A stretch of 64,000 bases of DNA from NCBI GenBank assembly GCA_033442325.1, contig JAWQFM010000023.1, forward strand, positions 1,018,533 to 1,082,532, read 5' to 3'. This document shows positions 34,901 to 53,538 of the stretch, piece by piece. This DNA comes from Salpingoeca rosetta (taxonomy: Eukaryota > Protista > Choanoflagellata). The notes beneath the pieces were generated by a model. It saw only the letters and a program-made list of their open reading frames with translations, searched no databases and was not told the DNA's origin. Position numbers and translations under genes: made by a program. The number at the start of each line of letters is the position of its first letter. Positions within the stretch are counted from its first letter, which is position 1.

Positions 34901-35548
34901 TCCATCAAGTCAGCTGCACCTTCCTCCCCCTCATTATAATCATCATCATCATCGTTGGCAGTGCGCCTCTTGTGCTTGACCTTCTTCTTCCCGCTGGTCT
35001 TCGCTGGGCTGGAAGCGGTAGCAGTTGCTGCTGCTGCTGCTCGGGGTGTCTTTGGCGGCTGCTTCTTGCCCGCCTTCTTCTTGCTCTTCACCGCCGCCGC
35101 CGCTGCTGCTGCTGCTGCTGCTGCTGCGCGTGTGCTCTTCCTCCGTCCTGGCAGCTCATTTGCGTCGGTAACCTCAGGCACAACCATACCCGCCACATCC
35201 TCCTCCTCCTCCGTTTTAGCGTCATAATCAGCAGCAGCAAAGCTATCGCCCTCATCGACGCCTCGTCTCTCGCTGCTGCGACGTGCAGCTGCTCCCCTTG
35301 CTGTTCGCGTGCGTGTGCGTGTCGCTGGCCGTGCCTCGACCACGCCACTTTCTGCCGCTGCTGTACCTGCATCGCCGGCATGCCCTCGTGACGCGCGCCT
35401 GCTTCCTCGCTTTGCTGCTGCTGTTGCTGCTGCCTTGCCTTTTGTCTTTGCAGCAGCCTTGGGTTGTGCGGATGACTTTCCCTTTGCATTCCGTTGCGGC
35501 CGTGGCTCCTCCTCAGGCGGCGCCGCCGCGACCGGCGACTGCTGACGG
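30712..35548 (-). CDS. Large low-complexity protein with K/R-rich and acidic N-part and polyQ/Pro/His/Ala C-part. Proposed exons: about 35548-33635, 32887-32837, 32667-32502, 32344-32261, 32070-32001, 31778-30712. 5' end in or beyond gap 35710-36157
   Basis: Long open frames with basic clusters (KRKKRRKKKRNK). The small GT-AG exons join in phase (...FVHVWMAWQ|IHFDQYVHTQDRLKAKRQAEAAQ|LLQQQ...). The join of the big upstream exon is inferred, so this could be two genes. Confidence 0.5.
31648..31770 (-). repeat. (CAA/CAG)n coding repeat, about 40 Gln
   Basis: Directly visible. Confidence 0.9.
32933..33058 (+). repeat. Perfect (GAG)n tract, about 42 units, probably intronic (CTC)n on the sense strand
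   Basis: Directly visible; lies just upstream of a minus-strand acceptor near 32888. Confidence 0.9.
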
Positions 35549-35564
35549 GATGTGTAGGACAGGG

Positions 35565-35694
<130 letters not shown>

Positions 35695-36953
35695 TGGTGT
35701 GGTGTGTGTNNNNNNNNNNNNNNNNNNNNNNNNNNNNNNNNNNNNNNNNNNNNNNNNNNNNNNNNNNNNNNNNNNNNNNNNNNNNNNNNNNNNNNNNNNN
35801 NNNNNNNNNNNNNNNNNNNNNNNNNNNNNNNNNNNNNNNNNNNNNNNNNNNNNNNNNNNNNNNNNNNNNNNNNNNNNNNNNNNNNNNNNNNNNNNNNNNN
35901 NNNNNNNNNNNNNNNNNNNNNNNNNNNNNNNNNNNNNNNNNNNNNNNNNNNNNNNNNNNNNNNNNNNNNNNNNNNNNNNNNNNNNNNNNNNNNNNNNNNN
36001 NNNNNNNNNNNNNNNNNNNNNNNNNNNNNNNNNNNNNNNNNNNNNNNNNNNNNNNNNNNNNNNNNNNNNNNNNNNNNNNNNNNNNNNNNNNNNNNNNNNN
36101 NNNNNNNNNNNNNNNNNNNNNNNNNNNNNNNNNNNNNNNNNNNNNNNNNNNNNNNNNCAAAACCCCCTCTTTCTTGTTCGTTTGCACGATTTGAGGCGCA
36201 CTGCGCCTACGACTGCTGGCAACCCAACACAAAATACAAGCAGCAGGACGATCGGTCGCACACACACACACACACATACACACACACGACACACATACAC
36301 ACACACGTACACACACACACACACACGTACACACACACGCGCGAACAAACAACATACGTTCCAGTCGAGGGTGCTGCAAGGCAAGGTTCAGTTCAGCAGC
36401 ACGCTGTGCACGCAGCAATGGTTGGTGTGGTGTGTGGCGTGTGGCGTGTGTTGTGTGTTGTGTGTTGTTCCGCACTCTCTCGCTCGCTGCTCTCGTGGGT
36501 TGTGCTGTTTGTGGTGTCGGATGCTGCGATTCGACAATTTGTGGAAACCTTGTTAGAATTTTCCACAAGGCGGAATTGGTGGGTTGGCAGTTTGCAGACC
36601 AGCAACGAAGACAGCAACCGAAAAAGGCCTTCCTTCCTTTCTTTTGCTTGCTCTGGCACTGTGAGTGGGAGTGGGAGCGGGAGTGGGAGTGAGCGCTGTG
36701 GGTGTCTCTCTCTCTCTCTGTCGCTCTCTCTGTGTGTTTGGTTGAAGATAGCGTATGTTCTTGTGTGGACGTTCTCTCACGCTTTGCTTTTGCCTTTGCT
36801 GTGCAGGTTGTGAGTGAGCGGATTCCGTTCCAGTCTCTCCAACTTTCTCTTGTCTTTGTTGTTTGTGGTCTGTCGTCGTGTTTGATTGATTCCATTGGTT
36901 CCATCGGTTCCATTGGTTCCACTCCAAAGCACCCCACAACCCACCTGGAAACC

Positions 36954-43364
<6,411 letters not shown>

Positions 43365-43715
43365 CCGCCACCTCAGCAAGACACCCGCGTGTGCGCACGT
43401 ATGTTCACGTTCCGCAGTGCACATTGTGCAGTGCATGTTCATGTGTGTTCATGCATTCACCCTTTCCCTCCCTCTTCACATCCCTCCTCCCAACAATCCA
43501 CGCCAGACAAGCTGTTTTCGTGCATGTCTGTCTTCTCGTATCAAGTCTCGTGCCTACCCACCCGTCATTCCTCCTTTCTTTCTTGGATGTTTTTGCGTTC
43601 AATTTACAGCAGTAAAACCACTCAAGCAAACCCGCTCAAGCGAACACATGCACGCACGTATTGGGCACATAACATCGATCCAGAGCAGCGTGTAAGACCA
43701 GCACCAAGCAGACGC

Positions 43716-43803
<88 letters not shown>

Positions 43804-43973
43804 GAGGCAGTCCAACGACAGTAGGCAGGCAAGGAAATGCACACAAACAAGGAAATACGCACAAACAGAAAAGAGGGAGAGAAAGACATGTTTCGGCACG
43901 CGCACGCAAAGGTGGGGCGCAGCGCATTCCACTCGCACGGTGGCTGACCCATATCCACCCGTCCATCCATCCA

Positions 43974-44519
43974 TCACTGGTGGTCCTGTTCATCACTGGC
44001 CAGCTCCTTGCGTGCGCTCGCCTGCGCCTCATCGCCACGCGCCTGCTGCTGGTGCTGCTGCTGGTGCTGCGGTGGCGGTGCCGACTCTTCGTCGCCCTCC
44101 CCTGCCAGCAGCTGCCGCATGCCTGCTGTTGCGTGCGCCATGTCATCGCTTTCCTCGCCGTCCTGGGACGTGGACGCGGTGTGCACCCCCTGCGCGTACT
44201 CCCGCTCGATGCTCAGCACAGACACGCGCTGCTTCGGCGTCACAGTGCCGTCCTCGTGTACCCAGAACTTGTCTGTGGGAGGAGAAGGGAGGGGAGGGTG
44301 GAGGGTGTCGGTGTAGTGGTGGGTGGGGTGCGTACGCGGGATGGGGTGTGTGAGACGTGACAGAAAAATGCATGTGAAGGGGACAGCACACGAGCACACG
44401 CATGCACAGACACATGCGCACAACATGCAAGCACACACACACAGACAGACACGCACACACACACACGCACACATGCGAAACCACACAAGCGCACAACACG
44501 CAAGCACGCACACACACAC

Positions 44520-44582
<63 letters not shown>

Positions 44583-45070
44583 AACACAAGCGCACGCATG
44601 CAAGCATAAACAAACGCACAGAGGTCGCCTGTTGAGGTGAAGACGATGAGGACGAGGCGCCTGTCTTCGTACACGAGGGCGCTAGTGTTCTCGCACGCTT
44701 CGTCGAGCGTGGCCATGGCAAAGCTTCGCTCCTCCGTCCACATCTCGGGCAGACTCGGGGCAAAGTAGGACACGGCGGAGGACAGGCCCGATGTGAAGTA
44801 GGAGGACCACGAGTCGCTCTCCTCGGGCGCTTCGGGTGGGGCGACCGCCTCTTGGTCGTGGTGGTCCGTCTTGAACACGTGCACCGTCGCCTTCTCGCTC
44901 GACACGCACAGGTACTTGGACTCCGGCTGCATAAGATGCGTAGCGAGGCGTGACAGAGAGAGGGGGGGGGGGTAGAGAAATGCACTTGATTGGTGAACGT
45001 GTGGCAGATACGGAAAAGCAGCCAAAACCCGTGCGCACACACGCGCACACAGGCAGGCAGAAGAACGGCC

Positions 45071-45116
<46 letters not shown>

Positions 45117-46723
45117 CACACACAGGTGACTTACGCAAAAGTTCATGGAGAGGACGCGGGCGCGGGTGGCGTAGCCGCGACGAAGCTCATACAGCTTTGC
45201 ACGTGTTGCTGTGGCAAACACACGGAACTTGGTGCCCTGTTGGTGGTCGTGTTTGTTGGTGTTGAAGGATGAGTTGACTCCATCACGTGGTCACCCCATT
45301 GGCATCGTTGGCACCATGCGCTTGCGTGGGCATGACGCGCAGAAAAACAAAAAAAAACAAAAAAGAAAACAGGCAATCACAAACGCGTGCACCTTCTCGC
45401 TGGCGGTGGCGAGGAGGGATCCCCTGTTGTTGAAGGCGACACACGCCACGGGCGACGTGTGTGCCTCCAGATTGTACAGCAGACGCTGCGGAACCGAGAA
45501 AGGGAAGGAAGGTGTGAGGGAGGGTGAGAAAGTGCATGGAGGCGGAAAGTCGCAGCAGCAAAGAGGACATGGTACGGTGGCACACAATACAATTCTACGC
45601 GCACACACATACACACATACATGCACACACTCGAACACACACACACACACATACACACATACATATACATGCACACACGCACGTCTATGCACGCACGCAC
45701 ACACACACCTACCTGGTTCTCGACGTCGTAGACGAAAAGATCGCCCTTCTCATTGGATTTCGGGTAGCAGAGAAGGTGGCGGCAGCCCTTGTCTTCTTCC
45801 TTGAGCACGTGACACGTGGCCAAGGCAAGGACACCTGGTGTTGGACATGACGCATTGCATGCGTGCAAATGCGCGTGTTCAGGGTGGCAATGTAAGCGGC
45901 GCAGGTTCGCAATAACAACGCAGAAAAGGACAGCAAGGAAGGAGAGCAACCAGGAAGCGGGAGAGCAGTCACAAAGAAAGTGAAACAGTCACAAAGAAAG
46001 AGAAACAGCCACAAAGAAAGAGAGAGAGCAAAAAGTACCAAACGAACCAACACATCAACACACATACACACGCACACACACACATACACACATCAACACA
46101 CACACACACACACACACACACAAAACACACACACACACACAAAACACACACACACACACACACAGACACAGACACACACACACACACACATCACAAACCA
46201 TTTGGGTTGGCGGGCGGAGATGAGATGGTGTGCTTGAGCTTCATGGTGCCCATGTCGTAGATGCGGATGCTCTCGTCCGAGGCGAGAACGAGGAACCGCC
46301 GATTGATGCGCACGGCCAAGATCTTCTTGCTGTACGACATGCGGATAATCTCCTTGCGCGTCCGCACGTTTGTGATCTTCATGCACCGTTGCGACGAGAA
46401 GGCCTCAGAGCCTCCGCCAACGTGCGCAATCAGGCCCGTGTTGTAGTACAGGTGAATCAGGCTCGTGCTCTCCTCGTGCGAGGACGTGATCATCTTGATG
46501 TCCGGAGAGATCTTCATGATCATGTACCCGTCCATCGTGCCGACAGCCAACCGACTAGTTCATGATGCCAAGAAGGAGGAGGAGAAGGAGCACGGGCATG
46601 TGAGGAGGGTGACACCACGAACAGAGACCCAAATGAGAGATCCAAAAAACATACACCATCTGCGTGCAAGCAATTACACGTGGACATGATGCTGGTGCTG
46701 GTGGTGCTGGTGCCACACAGACA

Positions 46724-46768
<45 letters not shown>

Positions 46769-46832
46769 ACACGCACCTGGCGTCTTGGTTGAAGAAGCCG
46801 CAGTTGATGTCATGCGTCGATGAGCGGAACAT
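43974..46832 (-). CDS. ATG18: PROPPIN (ATG18/WIPI) WD40 phosphoinositide-binding protein, about 7 exons
   Basis: FNQD, ILAVRINRR.LV, IRIYDM..MK..HTI, AH.SPVACVAFN..G.LLATASEKGT..RVF, ELRRG, SSEKATVHVFK, ERSFA. Confidence 0.92.
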
Positions 46833-47466
46833 GGCGGCGGTGTGGAAGAGCGGGTCGCCTGGGGAGAAAGAAGGGTGGTGGTGGTCTCAGCAGCAGCAGC
46901 GGCGAGCGAGGTCAAAGAGCAAAGCGGGCGAGCGGCGCAGAAGAATGCGGTTTCGACGACAACCGAGCAAGCAAGCAAGCAAGAGCAGCAGAGATAGGAA
47001 GCGGCTGAGTCACACACAAACAACGTTGCTTGCTTGCTTGCTGTTCTGTTTGTTTGTTTGTTTGGGTTGATGGGCTAATGATAAATGTGCACCGAATCAT
47101 TAAAGGCAAAATTGGCTTTGAATGATTGTGATTGCTCACGTTCGCAGTCAAAGGAAAAGTTGACGTTGGCCGGCTTTGTTTGTTTTTCCTTCCTTTTTTT
47201 GCTTGCTGCTTGCAAGCAAGGAAGTGGGACACCAGAAAACACGCAAAGGTGTGGCTGTCCGCAAGAAGGGGCGCACTTTCCTCCCACAAGCACCACTGGC
47301 AGGCGGCTGCAAGCGCAAGCCCACACAAGCGCACCAACGCACGCCGCGTCGCATGCTCCTTTTCTCCTCTCCTCATTTTCTCATCCCGCTGCGTTCTCCA
47401 CAAGAGGTCAGCCACCCACCTTCCTTCCCTTCCGTCCTTCGCACTTTGCCGCTTCATGTTGGCACA

Positions 47467-47556
47467 ATGGAGCCATCAATGCCGGAAAAAGGCGGCGGGC
47501 ACGTCGCCAGCATTCAAAAGCATTTGCTGAAACAAGGCCTGACTCTCGGTACAGTC

Positions 47557-47598
<42 letters not shown>

Positions 47599-49509
47599 CC
47601 TGAAAGAAACCAACCCAAACAANNNNNNNNNNNNNNNNNNNNNNNNNNNNNNNNNNNNNNNNNNNNNNNNNNNNNNNNNNNNNNNNNNNNNNNNNNNNNN
47701 NNNNNNNNNNNNNNNNNNNNNNNNNNNNNNNNNNNNNNNNNNNNNNNNNNNNNNNNNNNNNNNNNNNNNNNNNNNNNNNNNNNNNNNNNNNNNNNNNNNN
47801 NNNNNNNNNNNNNNNNNNNNNNNNNNNNNNNNNNNNNNNNNNNNNNNNNNNNNNNNNNNNNNNNNNNNNNNNNNNNNNNNNNNNNNNNNNNNNNNNNNNN
47901 NNNNNNNNNNNNNNNNNNNNNNNNNNNNNNNNNNNNNNNNNNNNNNNNNNNNNNNNNNNNNNNNNNNNNNNNNNNNNNNNNNNNNNNNNNNNNNNNNNNN
48001 NNNNNNNNNNNNNNNNNNNNNNNNNNNNNNNNNNNNNNNNNNNNNNNNNNNNNNNNNNNNNNNNNNNNNNNNNNNNNCACCAGACTCATCGAGCAGCGCT
48101 TCCCCTGCAAAGCACGACACAGCGCAACAGCAAGGGTCAGACAAGACACACAGTTTCAATCACACATCAACGTTCGCCCCTCAACCGTTCAAGAGTTCAG
48201 GACAGCAAGCAGCATCCACACACACGCACGAGCCACCTCAGCCATGCACGCCGACATCAGCCAGTAGCTCCAAAGTCAGCTCCCTCATCGGCAGCTTCCA
48301 CGGCAAGAGCAATGGCAACACACTGCCACAGACACATCCCAAACAAGCACCGCCACCACCCCTCCCCAAGAGCTCAGGACAGCCAGCAGCATCCACACAC
48401 ACGCACGAGCCACCTCAGCCATGCACGCCGACATCAGCCAGTAGCTCCAAAGTCAGCTCCCTCATCGGCAGCTTCCACGGCAAGAGCAATGGCAACACAC
48501 TGCCACAGACGCTTCCCAAACAAGCACCGCCACCACCCCTCCCCAAGAGCTCAGGGCAGCAAGCAGCATCCACACACACGCACGAGCCACCTCAGCCAAG
48601 CACGCCGACATCAGCCAGTAGCTCCAAAGTCAGCTCCCTCATCGGCAGCTTCCACGGCAAGAGCAATGGCAACACACTGCCACAGACGCTTCCCAAACAA
48701 GCACCGCCACCACCCCTCCCCAAGAGCTCAGGGCAGCAAGCAGCATCCACACACACGCACGAGCCACCTCAGCCAAGCACGCCGACATCAGCCAGTAGCT
48801 CCAAAGTCAGCTCCCTCATTCATCGTCAGCATCGGTAATCACCGTGCAACACACTGCCACAGACACATACCTTCGCCCACGCGGAAGACCAAAGCACCTC
48901 CGCCAACCACTGCGTGGCACAACAATCCTTTCTTCTCCAGCAACGCCAGCACCAACAGTGCCAGCTCAAGTTGTGGCTCCCACAAACAGCACGCTGCAGT
49001 TGCACTCGAAAACAAGTCTTTGAAGGAGCAGCTGGCCGCCTCCAGAGCGTCTTATGGTAAGCCCCGCGTGCGTGCTGCTTCTGTGCTTTTCGCCTACTCC
49101 TTTCTTCATCCTGCGTCCAATCACGAGGCGTCCTCCACTCACTCTGTTGGCGTTGGAACGCAACCACTCTTTTCCAGATGCTCGCATCTCCGATCTCGAA
49201 CAGCAGTTGCAAGCAGCGAAGAAAGCTTTGAGCGATATGGAGGCCGCCAACGCCGTCACTGGTGAGTTGACAAACTGTGATATGAATAGCGTTCATTTCT
49301 TCGTAAAACATGACGCATCTGTTCTTTCAGTCCGGTTTCGTTCCTTCATTCCACGCACACATCCATGTTCATTCTTGGTCACCCGCATGTGGACATTACA
49401 GAGGCCGCCAAGGAACAGTACAAGACCGAACTTGCGACGTTGACAAAGCAGAGACAAGACTGGGAACACAAACTCGGTTCGTTTACACACACACACACAC
49501 ACACACACG

Positions 49510-49599
<90 letters not shown>

Positions 49600-51794
49600 C
49601 GCGCACACACACGCTCACACACACGAATGCCTGCTGCCTGCTTTCCCTTCGCAAACGGTTGTGCTCCACCTCTGATCTCTCCTCGTCGCTCACGCCACAA
49701 CTCTTCTTCTATTTCATGTTGAAACCCTTGGCTTGTTGCCCACAGAAAGCGTGCTGAACCTGAACATCTCGCCGTCTCGCTTTGCCAACAAGATCCCCAT
49801 TTTCGACATCAACAACAAGCCCGTTGGCGGTTCGTTTGGTTCCCTGTTCAAGGCGGAGCTGGCATGCCAGCCGGTTGCTCTCAAACAGATGCTTGTGGCC
49901 GAACGCCCTCGCCTCTCCGAGATCATTGCCTGCGTTGATGGTTCTGAGGATATTCCTGATCACTTGAAGCAGCTGCGACGTGAGGCGCTCATCCTGCTCT
50001 CGCTTCGCCATCCCAACATCGTTCATTTCGTTGGCCTCACCCACGATGAGCAAAGCCGGACGTTGGCCTTTGTGCTGAGCTGGGCCGAAAACGGATCGCT
50101 CTATGATGTGTTGCACGTGAAGAAGCATCCGCTTGACAAACCAACCCGGCTGCAGATTGCGTACGAGGTGACCTGCGCCATGGCGTTCCTGCACGCCCAG
50201 AACGTCGTGCACCGCGACCTCAAATCGCCTAACGTGCTGCTGGACGCATTGCTCTCCGCGAAGGTGACGGACTTTGGGCTGAGTGCATTCAAGTCGGCAG
50301 ACAGGTCTGTTGTGTCGAAAGTATTTGGCACTGAGCTGTGGGCATCGCCAGAACAGCTACTGAACAGACACGTGCTGCGGGCAGACACGGACGTGTTTTC
50401 CTTCGCCTGCATGGCGTGGGAGCTGTTCCTTAACATCAAGCCATGGTACCACATTGATTTCCCTAACACAGCAGCGCGCATAGATCACATCAGGGCACTG
50501 TACCAGAAGCAACAGTACCTCCCACTCGATGCCGACGTCAAGGGGCGACGTCTAAACCAGCCAGAGAAGCAGGTGCTTCGCCAGTGCTTTGACGTGAGTG
50601 GAAATCGCCCGTCTTTTGCCCAACTTAAGCCAGCCCTACAAGCGATTGTGAGGGATGCCAAGAAGCTGGAGAAGCTGAACAAGGAAAAGCAGCTTAAGCT
50701 GCTGCATGGTCCTGCCGACGCCGCGTGGAAGTGGCACCCAGACATCCTTGAAACACTGCAACCCCGAATGGTGGCTCATCCAACACGCGCGTCAGTGCGC
50801 ATTGCTACTGTAGAAACTGGCCAGAAACAAGCGGCCATTGCAGCGCAGGTGAAGGCAGAAATTCATGGGCTTGCTCACATGACTGCGTGCGTCTCGATGG
50901 CGTGAACAACATGCATCTTTGTGCTGAGAACATGCGTGACTTTCCTTCACCTTTCACACATGCTTTTTCTCTCTTCGCAACCACATTTCACGGCAGATGA
51001 TCACGGAAGCTGGTGGCCGCTCCAGCCATGAGGCCACTGCGAACCCACTCCACCTCTTTGGGACGACCCTCGTTGGCGTCGCTGTTGTGCAGTGCAGCCA
51101 GAAGAACGCCGCCTTCAACGGCGCCGTGCACCGCAACCTCGACCGTTATCGTGGTCACATGAGCAGCGCCAACCACCCGTTCCATCCCAAGTACCAGATG
51201 GATCAGACAACGAGTGCACCTGCTCACCCAGAGGAGGCAGCCGTCCTTGCTCGCGTCACCCTCCACCCTGCTGGCGCTTCACCGTACAAGGTGCTGGATC
51301 AGACCATGATGCAGCCGGATGTGCGTCTTCGCCTGCAGCGCGTGTTCCACGGCGTGCCGTCCTTTGCTGTGGCCATGAGCATCTTGGGCGGCGATTTCGC
51401 ACAGCTGCAGAACCTTGATGCTGGGTGGTACGGTGCTGGCTTCTACTTCACGCCAGACCTGGACTACGCTTTGAGGTACACGAGGAGGTGCAAGGACGTG
51501 CCGCCTGAATTGAGGAAGATGAAGTTGCCTGCAGGCAAGCAGTTCCGCGTCGTGCTTGTGTGTGACGTACAGTACGGCAACCCGTACCCAGTGCTGGGTA
51601 CGTCCTTCAATGGCAAGGCACTCGTTGGCGGGCACGATGCCCACGTTGCCGTGGTTAATTTCAACTCCGGTAACATCGGGGATGCCAAGCCCATCAAGTC
51701 GTCCAAGTGGGCCAGCAAGCGCACCGCCGCCGAGATTGTGATCAACGACCCGTCCTGCGTCCTCGTGCGCGGCATCCTTGTGTTCAAGGGCTAG
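47467..51794 (+). CDS. Multidomain protein: Pro/Ser-rich 59-aa repeats, coiled coil, TKL-type kinase, PARP-like ADP-ribosyltransferase. Exons 47467-47548 (tentative), [gap], about 48079-48834, 48941-49056, 49178-49261, 49402-49476, 49746-50848, 50997-51794
   Basis: Kinase motifs VALK, HRDLKSPNVLL, DFG, GT..W.SPE, DVFSF. ART motifs VFHG, GWYGAGFYFT...YA, LVCDV.YG, EIVI. Junctions from 48941 onward are GT-AG and in phase. Confidence 0.85.
48191..48819 (+). repeat. 177-bp coding tandem repeat; copies start at 48191, 48368, 48545, 48722 (last partial), with a degenerate tail to about 48905
   Basis: Near-identical units with six variable sites seen. Confidence 0.97.
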
Positions 51795-52241
51795 CAGCCG
51801 AGTTCATCGTGTGTGGTTGTTGCCACTGTCATGTTGTGATGTGACCGCGAATTCTGTCATCACCTACATCATCCTTTGGACTGTTGTGGATGTTGCAGTT
51901 CGTTGCAGTTCGTTTACATATGTTTGCACTTGCGTTGCGTTCCATTTCATTGTTCCCGCCACCCCGCATCGTTTGTGGTTGGTCTTTCTCTTGGCTTTCC
52001 GTCTCCACTCTAGTTACAACCATGTTTCATTCTTCCGTTGTCTCTTTCTTTCTTTCGTCCTCAGTATGGTGGATCTCACATCCCATCACTGCACAGCAAC
52101 AACACAGTTACATCAGCGTTCATTCCGTCTCCGCCACAATACAAGAATACAAGGACACATGCCACACAATTCAAACCTTGTGCTCAAGCCAAGTTGCTGC
52201 AAACCAAAAAGCTTTCTTTGTCCACAATGCCCTGCAAGTCT

Positions 52242-53502
52242 CTACTTCACGGTGTATACGAGGATGGAGCCACCGTCGTAGTTTGGCACAAACGCAGTCT
52301 GCAACACTCCAGCCTGCAATGGTGTATATGTTTGGCGCGGGGGGATGTCAGAGTGAGCATACTTGGTGTGTTAACACACACACATACACAACAAGTACGC
52401 TCCCACCGCCTTCCCCTCAAGCCATACCTTGTCAGTGTGTGCTGCGACAACGCCGACAACGCCGTTCACGTCCACGATTGTCGTTCTGCTCGCGTTCAAA
52501 AAGCGGTGTGACACGACGGGGCATAAGGGGACGTGATGCACGGGGCGGCGCCATTGCGGTACAAGACGCGCAAACACGTGCACAGACACGCAGACATAGA
52601 TTCACTGGCATAAACGCAATCGCAGACACACACATACAGATGGCAGGACAGCAAGGCACACATTTGGACATTAATCTGCCCACCAATCCACACTGATAGC
52701 AGCCCTTGACCGCCCCCCAACTCCCACGACACGCGCTAGAGCCAGACCTGTTGTAAGCGTCGCCGTTTGGAAAGAGGTTGTAGGCGGCACGGGAGCCATC
52801 GCCAGCCACGAGGATGGAGGGCCGTGGCGCGGCCGACGACAGCAGATAGGGGGTGAGGAAGCCAGGGGAGGCCTGGTTTGGGCCGGGCTCTGTGACGGGG
52901 AAGTTGGTGGCGAGGGTGCGGCGGCGATAGGTACCGGCAGGGGACGAGGGCAGGTCGTACGCAAACACAGACCCGCCTGGGATGCGTATGTGACGCGTAC
53001 GTGGATGTAACGGTATGTGAGGTGAGGTGAGGTGAGGTGAGGTGATGTGATGTGAGGTGAATGAATGAATGAGTGAGTGAGTGAGTGAGTGAGTGAGTGA
53101 GTGAGTGTGTGTGTGTGTGAGTGTGTGAGTGAGTGAGTGAGTGAGTGAGTGAGTGAGTGAGTCATGTGAGTGAGTGAGTGAGTGAGTGAGTGAGTGAGTG
53201 AGTGAGTCATGTGAGTGAGTGAGTGAGTGAGTGAGTGAGTGAGTGAGTGAGTGAGTGAGTGAGTGAGTCATGTGAGTGAGTGAGTGAGTGAGTGTGTGTG
53301 TGAGAGAGAGAGAGAGAGTGTGTGTGTGTGAGTGAGTGAGTGAGTGAGAGTGTAAGTGAGAGAGAGTGTGTGCGAGTGGGTGAGTGAGTCATGTGATGCA
53401 TGCGTTTGTATACATGCATATACGCGTGTGCGTATTTGTGTGTGCACTCTTCTGTCACGTTGCAGTGTTGACACTCAGTCTGTACCACAAGCCAAGGCCT
53501 CC

Positions 53503-53538
<36 letters not shown>

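Noticed and set aside
48191-48819. Tandem array as a CRISPR or transposon terminus
   Set aside because: No unique spacers, cas genes, terminal repeats or transposase; it is a coding minisatellite.
48835-48862. 28-nt GT-AG mini-intron that also restores frame
   Set aside because: Far shorter than any other intron here and lacks a pyrimidine tract; the 106-nt alternative is more plausible.
48081-48940. Alternative open frame across the 177-bp repeats (MATHCHR...) that joins the downstream exon without splicing
   Set aside because: All six inter-copy differences are non-synonymous in this frame, versus half synonymous in the other. Disfavoured but not formally excluded.
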